In this document: positions 56,802 through 64,000 of the stretch, one piece after another | Layout: each line of letters opens with the position of its first letter | Numbering within the stretch: the first letter of the stretch is position 1 | Assembly (NCBI GenBank): GCA_964400595.1 | Contig: CAYNUT010000005.1 | Span: forward strand, 547 to 64,546 | Length of the DNA: 64,000 bases | DNA from: an uncultured Neobacillus sp. | GTDB lineage: Bacteria; Bacillota; Bacilli; Bacillales; Cytobacillaceae | Reading direction: 5' to 3' | Translations under genes and position numbers: made by a program | Notes under the pieces: model-generated | Databases searched by the model: none | Told to the model about the DNA's origin: nothing | The model's input: only the letters and a program-made list of their open reading frames with translations

Positions 56802-57995
56802 TTATTCGTATCGAAGTGATTCGATCGGATCAAGCTTAGATGCCTTGTTTGCGGGAAGAAGTCCAAACAAGACTCCAATTGCCATCGAGAATACAACACC
56901 GCCAGCAACAACTTGCCACGAAACCAACGGTGGCCAGCCGGCAAAAAGGCTTACGATTGCGGCAGCTCCCCAGCCGAGAAAAATCCCAAGGATACCGCCT
57001 ATTAATGTTAATGTAACGGATTCAATTAAAAATTGTGTCAAGACCTGGCTTCTTGTTGCTCCCAGTGCCATGCGGATTCCAATCTCCCTTGTTCTCTCGG
57101 TTACAGACACAAGCATAATATTCATGACACCAATTCCGCCTACAAACAAAGAAATACCGGCAATACTGCCAATGACCAAGGTCATAATATTCGTTACCTG
57201 GCCTATTCCTTGGGCAATTTCCTCCATATTAATGACTTGATAAGATTTTTCTGTATTATGCATCTTGTTTAACAGATTAGCTGCCCTTTTTCCGGTCATT
57301 TGCAGATCCTCTGCCGACGCTGCCTGCAAGGTTACCTTCGTAAAATCACTGCTGCCGTAAATATTCTTCCATGTTTGGAAGGGAAGATAGACTTCCATGG
57401 AACCAAAGGACAGAAGGCCTGTCGGTTTTTCCAAAACTCCAATGATTTCAATCGGCTGATTGGCCACCAAGATAATCTTCCCAAGTGGATTTTCACCTTT
57501 AAAAAGTTCTTCTTCCAATTTATAGCTAATAATTCCTGCGCGTCTCCCCCCGACAAATTCAGCTGTAGAAAGGTTTCTCCCCTTTGCCACCTTCAACTCA
57601 TTTAATTGGAGATAGGCCTGATTAATGCCGGTTGTCGATACATCCGCTGAATCCTTCTGAAATTTAGCTGTCGACAATTTGGTGCTGGATGCCACTACCT
57701 TTTTCACCTGAGGAATTTGTTCAAGCGCACGGATATCCTCCTGCTTAAAAGGTGCCTGCAAAAAGATATTCGGGTTTGCCTGCATTTCCTCATCTGAAGG
57801 CTGATAAAACATTTCAATCGTATTCCCTGGACCTGTGAACTGTGCTTTCAGCATAGCCTCCCCGCCCTGTCCAATCGCCACGACGATAATAACAGCCCCA
57901 ACACCAATCACAATTCCAAGCATTGTCAGAATACTTCTCATCTTGTGGGCTTTAAGGGAACTGAATGCCATCACTAGGCTTTCCATAAAACTCAT
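56802..57995 (-). CDS. yknZ: MacB/FtsX-family ABC permease (YknZ-like)
   Basis: RSILTMLGIVIG, GGIGVMNIMLVSVTERTREIGIRMALGA. Confidence 0.88.
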   Translation of the reverse strand: MSFMESLVMAFSSLKAHKMRSILTMLGIVIGVGAVIIVVAIGQGGEAMLKAQFTGPGNTIEMFYQPSDEEMQANPNIFLQAPFKQEDIRALEQIPQVKKVVASSTKLSTAKFQKDSADVSTTGINQAYLQLNELKVAKGRNLSTAEFVGGRRAGIISYKLEEELFKGENPLGKIILVANQPIEIIGVLEKPTGLLSFGSMEVYLPFQTWKNIYGSSDFTKVTLQAASAEDLQMTGKRAANLLNKMHNTEKSYQVINMEEIAQGIGQVTNIMTLVIGSIAGISLFVGGIGVMNIMLVSVTERTREIGIRMALGATRSQVLTQFLIESVTLTLIGGILGIFLGWGAAAIVSLFAGWPPLVSWQVVAGGVVFSMAIGVLFGLLPANKASKLDPIESLRYE

Positions 57996-58684
57996 CGAAA
58001 CGGCCCCCTTTCAGAAAAAGCAGGAGCCTGAACCATGCCATCCCTGACCATAATCGTGCGGTTTGCATACTCAGCCACCTCCGGCTCGTGAGTTACAACG
58101 ATAACCGTAACGCCCTCTTCATTTAGAGTACGAAATTGCTCCATGATGGACATGCTCGTTTTCGTATCAAGTGCACCGGTCGGCTCATCGGCTAATATAA
58201 GCTTAGGCTTATTCACGATGGCTCTTGCAATTGCCACACGCTGTTTTTGTCCGCCGGATAAAGCATTGGGAAGGTGATCCATCCGGTCAGATAGCCCCAT
58301 TTTTATTAGTGCTTCCTCCGCTCTTTCATGCCTTTCAGCTTTTTCAATACCAGCATAAATCATTGGCAGTTCCACATTTTTTAATGCAGACAGCCGCGGC
58401 AACAAATGAAATTGCTGGAATACAAAGCCGATTGAGTGATTTCTTACCCGGGCAAGTTCCTTATCATTATAATTGGATACATTTTCGCCGCAGAGAAGGT
58501 ACTCTCCTTCTGTCGGCTTATCCAAGCAGCCGATTATATTCATTAAAGTGGACTTCCCGGAGCCTGAAGGACCCATAATGGCGACAAATTCTCCCTCCTC
58601 AATCGTAAGGGAAATATTGTCTAACACCTTTATGCTTTCCTTTCCTAGCATAAAGGATCTGGCGATGGATTCCAGCTGGATCAT
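57992..58684 (-). CDS. yknY: ABC ATP-binding protein (YknY-like)
   Basis: [27 protein letters not shown]. Confidence 0.9.
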   Translation of the reverse strand: MIQLESIARSFMLGKESIKVLDNISLTIEEGEFVAIMGPSGSGKSTLMNIIGCLDKPTEGEYLLCGENVSNYNDKELARVRNHSIGFVFQQFHLLPRLSALKNVELPMIYAGIEKAERHERAEEALIKMGLSDRMDHLPNALSGGQKQRVAIARAIVNKPKLILADEPTGALDTKTSMSIMEQFRTLNEEGVTVIVVTHEPEVAEYANRTIMVRDGMVQAPAFSERGPFR

Positions 58685-59808
58685 TTTACTGTCACTTCCA
58701 TCCCATCCTTTATCTTTTGAGGTCCATTAATAATCACATGATCATCTTTTGAAACACCTTCCAGGATTTCAATCTTCTTTCCTGAGGAGATGCCAGTTTT
58801 AATCTTCTGCTTGCTGGCTTTCCCTTTCTTAACGGTAAACACATATGTCTTATCACCATCATCCTGCAGGGCATCCATTGGTAAAACCATGGCCGTCTTT
58901 TTCTCCGTTTCAATTTCCATGATGACTTGGAATCCTGGCTTTAAAGCCTTCGTGTCACCTGTAATCTCCACTGAAACAGGATACTGGACTGCCTGATTTT
59001 CATTTGGCAGGCCTGATTGATTTTGCTGGGGCAAGAGAGCAATTTTCGTAATGACGCCCTGCCACTTCTGGCCGGGTACAGCATCCGATTTCAAGGTAAC
59101 CTTCTGTCCATTTTTAACCTTTAAGGTATCGTACTCAGATAAATTCCCTGTCGCTGTCAGTCCTTCCAGCTTTCCAATATGTACAATCGGCTCCGCTAAT
59201 GTTCCTTCCACGGGTGTTTTGTCAGGTTTTCTAGCTGATAAAACGACTCCGTCCATATTACTCTTTATCTCTAATTCACCTTGACGTTTTTTAATCATAT
59301 CCCTTTGGAGGCTGGCTTGCTTGAGATCAAGATTGGCTAATTTCTTTTCAGTGTCGAGACGCTCAAATTCAGGTTCAAGCTGTTTCTTTGCTTCATCTTT
59401 TCCAGCCTGATCGCTTAATGATTTTTCTTTATCTTTTAATTCCTTGATTTGCTTTTCAACTTGGTTAATTTTTAAATTCGCCGATTCAATCGCCAATTTA
59501 TTTTGCTCTGCTTCTAATTCCAGCTGTGAATTTTGCAGTTTTGCTATTATGGCCCCTTTCTTGATTGTTTGACCTTCTTCCACCAGCAGTTCCTTCAGTT
59601 CCCCTTTATCAGGAGCCGCATAAACTATTTGTTCTTCTTGCAGCTTTACTGTTCCGGGAATCATCAGCATGGATGAAATTTCCTCTTGTGTTAACAGTGC
59701 CGTTTTTACAGCGGGGCCTTTTGCTAAAACCTGCCGGTATACACTGACAAAAATCAAGATGGCAATCAAGCTGATAACCCCAAGCATTATCCATGTTTTC
59801 ATTTTCAT
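58681..59808 (-). CDS. yknX: Efflux membrane-fusion adaptor (YknX-like)
   Basis: N-terminal TM, coiled coil flanked by lipoyl-like halves. Confidence 0.85.
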   Translation of the reverse strand: MKMKTWIMLGVISLIAILIFVSVYRQVLAKGPAVKTALLTQEEISSMLMIPGTVKLQEEQIVYAAPDKGELKELLVEEGQTIKKGAIIAKLQNSQLELEAEQNKLAIESANLKINQVEKQIKELKDKEKSLSDQAGKDEAKKQLEPEFERLDTEKKLANLDLKQASLQRDMIKKRQGELEIKSNMDGVVLSARKPDKTPVEGTLAEPIVHIGKLEGLTATGNLSEYDTLKVKNGQKVTLKSDAVPGQKWQGVITKIALLPQQNQSGLPNENQAVQYPVSVEITGDTKALKPGFQVIMEIETEKKTAMVLPMDALQDDGDKTYVFTVKKGKASKQKIKTGISSGKKIEILEGVSKDDHVIINGPQKIKDGMEVTVK

Positions 59809-60476
59809 AGCTTCGGAGCCCCTTGGAGGAGTGTACTAATTAAGCCTAAACCAATTTGAATCAGGAAGAAAATAATCGCAATCGTCCACGCTGCCCCCTT
59901 TGAAAATTTTGCTGTTTTATTCAACCCAATTGCTGTTAAGATTAAGGACCAAATTCCGAATACCTCAATAGAGTTTAATACCCCGGCTTTTTCCTGATTC
60001 AATAAACCTGCTAAACTTGTAATATATATTTCTGAACTACCGCCGATAAAATAGCGAATCCCCATATTTAGAAGAAGACCAGTGCCGCCAATTATCATGA
60101 TAAAGGTGTTCATTGAAAACAATTGCTTAAAGCTTACAGATAAATTAGCCATCCTTGCAATTGCTAATTCAATCGCACTGCTGATTAGAACACCGAATAT
60201 TGGGGAAAGGATACCAGTAACCCCTACCATGATCTTCGTAATGCCCAAGACTATGTCCGCTTGATCCTCCGGGACTCCTTGACCGATTAATGTGTCAGCA
60301 TCCAGTGACATGGCCATAAGGATTGTTCCTGCTAAATAGAGGATACTAACAATGATTATTTCCATCCAGATTCTTGGATTTTCTCTAATCCTCTCAAACT
60401 GCAGGCCCGGGCTGGTATACATAGCAAATAAATTCGGATTCTCCCTATTTGTGTTCGCTTCTTTCTGTAATTCCAT
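59805..60476 (-). CDS. yknW: Yip1-domain membrane protein (YknW-like)
   Basis: SPGLQFERIRENP start, multiple TM helices, first gene of the operon. Confidence 0.8.
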   Translation of the reverse strand: MELQKEANTNRENPNLFAMYTSPGLQFERIRENPRIWMEIIIVSILYLAGTILMAMSLDADTLIGQGVPEDQADIVLGITKIMVGVTGILSPIFGVLISSAIELAIARMANLSVSFKQLFSMNTFIMIIGGTGLLLNMGIRYFIGGSSEIYITSLAGLLNQEKAGVLNSIEVFGIWSLILTAIGLNKTAKFSKGAAWTIAIIFFLIQIGLGLISTLLQGAPKL

Positions 60477-60614
60477 TTCCTGAAACCCCCGTTTCCTTTT
60501 TTGTAAATAATTTCAATTTAATTATACGACAAAATACGGGGGAAGTTTCATTTTTTTTGCCATTTGTGTCAGGAACCATGGAGGCCAGTCCTCATGCATT
60601 GTTACGCATACAAA

Positions 60615-60662
60615 AAAAAGAACCGGGCATAACAAGGTTTGACCTCGAAACGCCAGATTCTA
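60615..60662. repeat. Terminator-like hairpin repeat, copy 2
   Basis: AAAAGAACCGGGCATAACAAGGTTTGACCTCGAAACGCCAGATTCT. Confidence 0.55.
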
Positions 60663-60682
60663 AGAACAGGAGAACACTTATC

Positions 60683-61609
60683 TTAAGGGACCATATTCCC
60701 TGCAGCCTTATAAATTTGATACCATTCTTCCCGTGTCATTCTGAGGTCAGCCCCTTTACATGCATCCTTCATTCTCGCCGGATTCGTTGTTCCCAACACT
60801 ACCTGAATATTGGCAGGGTGGCGTGTAATCCAGGCAACAGCGATGGCAGTATTTGTTACGCCATATTTTTCTGCAATTTGGTCCATAGACCTATTCAACT
60901 CCGGAAACCGCTCTAAATCTCCTAGAAATGAACCTTCAAAGAAGCCGTGCTGGAACGGCGACCAGGCCTGCATCGTGATATCGTGGAGACGGCAATATTC
61001 CAAAATGCTGCTGTCACGGTTGATCGACTGATCAATCTTCATATTTAAGGCAATGCCAGAGTCAATCATTGGAGTATGCGCGATACCGAATTGAAGCTGA
61101 TTGACCACTAATTTGTACGGTATGTACTTCTGAAGCAGCTCAATTTGTGCCGGATTATGGTTGGAGACACCAAAATATTTGACCTTGCCGCTAGCATGCA
61201 ACTCTTCAAATGCTTCCGCCACCTCAGCTGGATCCATTAATGGGTCGGGACGATGCAGCAGCAAAATATCGAGATACTCCGTTTTTAACCGCTTTAATAT
61301 CCCGTTTACAGACATAATGACGTGCTCCCTAGAGAAATCAAAATAACCTTCAGGAGTGATAATGCCACATTTGCTTTGCAAAATCATTTTTTCACGAATG
61401 CTTGGACTCATTTGTACCGCTTCAGAAAAAATTTTCTCGCATTCTCCCCTGCCATAGATATCAGCATGGTCAAAAAAATTAATCCCCTCATCCATGGCCG
61501 TCCGGATTAACTTTTCTGCTTCAGTAATGGAAAGCTGTGTTAAACGCATATTGCCCATAATGATGTTTGATGTCGATAAATCCGTTTCAGCAATGTTGAT
61601 GTATTTCAA
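60683..61609 (-). CDS. Aldo/keto reductase (YdhF/YcsN-like)
   Basis: FDHADIYG, QSKCG, LHRPD, GVSN, AWSP. Confidence 0.92.
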   Translation of the reverse strand: MKYINIAETDLSTSNIIMGNMRLTQLSITEAEKLIRTAMDEGINFFDHADIYGRGECEKIFSEAVQMSPSIREKMILQSKCGIITPEGYFDFSREHVIMSVNGILKRLKTEYLDILLLHRPDPLMDPAEVAEAFEELHASGKVKYFGVSNHNPAQIELLQKYIPYKLVVNQLQFGIAHTPMIDSGIALNMKIDQSINRDSSILEYCRLHDITMQAWSPFQHGFFEGSFLGDLERFPELNRSMDQIAEKYGVTNTAIAVAWITRHPANIQVVLGTTNPARMKDACKGADLRMTREEWYQIYKAAGNMVP

Positions 61610-61884
61610 TTAGAACTCCCCCTCAAATTAGTAAATAGGCTGCTTTACTCTTTAAAATGACCTGCTTTAGTGTCCGCAGGAATTTCCCACTTCAAATAGG
61701 CTGCGATGTCTTTAAATGGTGAAGAGTTTAACCCATCTTTCATGCATAATTTATGCTAATGTGAATAATTCCTTTCATTTAAACCAGCTGAGAATTAAGT
61801 CTGTCAAAGGTATTTTTTGGCACGATTATTGCGAGGTAACTATTGAAGAGTATTTTAATTTGACAAATGGTGGAGGGATTTTTT

Positions 61885-62352
61885 ATGGCTATTGACCAAT
61901 TGAAGAATATCAAAATTAGGAAAGTAGAAAAAAAAGATTTTTCTCAACTGTTACCTTTAATGTTTAGTTACATTGTCGATTTTTATGAATGTCCCCGCCC
62001 TGAGGAAAAAACACTTCTTCATTTTTTAAACGAAATTAACAGTGACTCAACAAAAGGCTTACAATTTGTTGCTGAAAAAGATCATGAGATAATTGGATTT
62101 GCAACTTTATTTTTTACTTATAATACTCTTGAAGTCAAAAAAATCGCGGTACTGCATGATTTATTTGTCATTCCGCAATACAGAAAAGAGAAAGTGGGAC
62201 AAACACTCTTTGAAACATGTCTTACATTTATTCGAGAAAATGATTTTGCCTTTATGGTTTGGGAAACAGCCCAAGATAATATTATAGCTCAAAAACTATA
62301 TGATAAAATGGGCGGACAGAAAAATTCTTGGATTCAATACCAAATGACTTAA
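61885..62352 (+). CDS. GNAT-family acetyltransferase
   Basis: DLFVIPQYRKEKVGQTL, NIIAQKLYDKMG. Confidence 0.88.
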   Translation: MAIDQLKNIKIRKVEKKDFSQLLPLMFSYIVDFYECPRPEEKTLLHFLNEINSDSTKGLQFVAEKDHEIIGFATLFFTYNTLEVKKIAVLHDLFVIPQYRKEKVGQTLFETCLTFIRENDFAFMVWETAQDNIIAQKLYDKMGGQKNSWIQYQMT

Positions 62353-62533
62353 ATATTTTAAAACATGCTATTGTTCAAGAAGGACCTCAAAGAGATCCTT
62401 CTTTTCTAATAGGTCATCAACAGTTTCATTTAGCACAGCCGCTGTTTTAGACAGAACCGGCAAAGCACCCATTTTTTCCTCTTATCTATTTCGTTGAAAT
62501 CTCCACCAAAGGCATTTTTAGCAAGTTTTTATG

Positions 62534-63466
62534 TTAAAAAGTCTCATAAATAATAGATCCGGTCTGTGTAGTTTCGTAATCCCCCAAAGCGTTTATTTCT
62601 GACTTAAAGGAATTGGATAATAAAATTTCCTTTATACAGCTGATAAGTGGATCTGTTTCAGGCGTTTTTAAAATAACAAGATCGTAATTTTCTTTTATTA
62701 ATGGAATAAAGTCAATTCCAACGATTTTTGCAGCTTTTTCAATGCCCACTCCAACATCTGCGAGCCCGGCAGCAACAGCTGAAGCAACACTTAAATGGCT
62801 GGTCTCTTCTATCTCATATCCCTTTAATTGACGAGATGGTATTTGATTGTTCCTCAGCTGTTCATCCAAAAGAATCCGCGCTCCTGAACCTTTTTCCCTA
62901 TTAATGATTTTTACATTTTCCCTTTTTAAATCATCCCAGGAGGTAATGTTTAGCAGGTTTCCCTTTTTTACGTAGAGACCGGCTTTTCTGGAAAGAAGAT
63001 TTATTAAAACATAGGGGTATCCCACCAAAATCTTTTTAATATAAGGAAGGTTATACTCTCCAGTATCCCCGTCAAACATGTGCAGGCTGACGATATCGCA
63101 TTCTCCATTGTACATCGAGATCAGGCTGTTTAAACTGCCTGCATAGGAACGTAAAGTTTTATAGGCGGACGCTTTCTCAATGTGTTTTCCAAGTATATCT
63201 AAAACCATATCTTGTCCACTAATGACAATCTTCCGCGAATCCTTTGTCTCGCTCCTGTGATGCTCTACTATAGTTACCGCAGTTGAACTTTGATTTGTTT
63301 TATGTTTATTTTTATAAATCTCCAGGTCTTTTGCATCGATTCTCATTTGTCTTCCCACTCGGAAGACAGGGAGTTCCCCTTTTTTCACGAGGTCATAAAT
63401 GGTCAATTTCGATACCTTTAACAGCTGCGCTACTTCTTCAATCGTATAGGAAAGCTCCGTTGACAT
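62534..63466 (-). CDS. Excisionase-type HTH plus PBP-domain molybdate regulator (YvgK-like)
   Basis: YTIEEVAQLLKVSKLTIYDLVKKGEL; NREKGSGAR; divergent from modA. Confidence 0.85.
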   Translation of the reverse strand: MSTELSYTIEEVAQLLKVSKLTIYDLVKKGELPVFRVGRQMRIDAKDLEIYKNKHKTNQSSTAVTIVEHHRSETKDSRKIVISGQDMVLDILGKHIEKASAYKTLRSYAGSLNSLISMYNGECDIVSLHMFDGDTGEYNLPYIKKILVGYPYVLINLLSRKAGLYVKKGNLLNITSWDDLKRENVKIINREKGSGARILLDEQLRNNQIPSRQLKGYEIEETSHLSVASAVAAGLADVGVGIEKAAKIVGIDFIPLIKENYDLVILKTPETDPLISCIKEILLSNSFKSEINALGDYETTQTGSIIYETF

Positions 63467-63622
63467 ACGCATCCCTCCACTTGTATTTTATCTCACCATC
63501 TTTAAAAAAGGTCAATTTTTTAAAAATTACTGACAAAAGAAATAATTTTATATTCTTTTTAATTATAATTAATTATAATTAGATATAACTAATTATAACA
63601 AAAGAAGAAGGAGAACCTAATA

Positions 63623-64000
63623 ATGAAAAAACGATTTCTATTATTTTTCGCGGCTATGATGCTCCTGTTTGCTGTGTCAGGTTGTTCAACAAAGGAAGAA
63701 AGTAAAAAGCATGAAGGCTCTGCAAAAAAAGTGGAATTAACCATGTCAGCAGCTGCTAGTTTACAAGATGCCTTAAATGACATAAAAATGGATTTTGAAA
63801 ATGAACACCCTAATGTAAAAATCACCTTTAACTTTGGAGCATCCGGCGCCCTGCAGCAGCAGATTACTCAAGGCGCGCCAGTCGACCTCTTCTTTTCTGC
63901 TGCGGAAGACAAATTTGAAAAATTAGTGCAGGATGGACAAATCGAAAAGAAAAATGGGATTAACCTTCTCGGTAATGAGCTTGTACTGGTGGTTCCCAAG
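63623..64000 (+). CDS. modA: Molybdate ABC transporter substrate-binding lipoprotein (partial)
   Basis: Lipobox VSGC, SAAASL, FGASGALQQQITQGAPVDLFFSA; runs off the window edge. Confidence 0.92.
   Translation, partial: MKKRFLLFFAAMMLLFAVSGCSTKEESKKHEGSAKKVELTMSAAASLQDALNDIKMDFENEHPNVKITFNFGASGALQQQITQGAPVDLFFSAAEDKFEKLVQDGQIEKKNGINLLGNELVLVVPK

Noticed and set aside
60449..60916. 155-aa plus-strand ORF
   Set aside because: Spans an intergenic region and the antisense strand of two genes; no protein-like features

Overview
AT-rich chromosomal window from a Bacillaceae genome (Bacillus/Neobacillus-like gene content). There are no rRNA, tRNA, CRISPR array, prophage or intact IS elements. Housekeeping and accessory genes include prfC, an FtsH-like protease, adhE, ppc, a Crp/Fnr-P-type ATPase-HMA-flavodoxin operon, a YkoGH-like two-component system with PepSY gene, des-desK-desR, a stand-alone trpB, a yknWXYZ-like exporter and modA. 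The main feature is a multiplied, non-canonical class IV PHA (polyester granule) system. Two full modules (12.5-18.8 kb and 42.2-49.2 kb) each carry PhaC, PhaR, two PhaP-like phasins, a divergent alpha/beta hydrolase and an acyl-CoA ligase, but no phaB. A third, reduced module (50.7-53.3 kb) has only the hydrolase and ligase. The modules share cis-elements: a putative PhaQ operator/promoter before both phaP units and a conserved block before all three ligases. The adjacent adhE has a FadR-type box. Next to module 1 is an uncharacterised three-gene envelope operon (two paralogous secreted beta-rich proteins plus a membrane protein) transcribed divergently from a GAF-LuxR regulator. Several unannotated small ORFs and at least three families of short intergenic repeats (MITE-like and REP-like) were also found. 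All family assignments come from motif recognition, not database searches.
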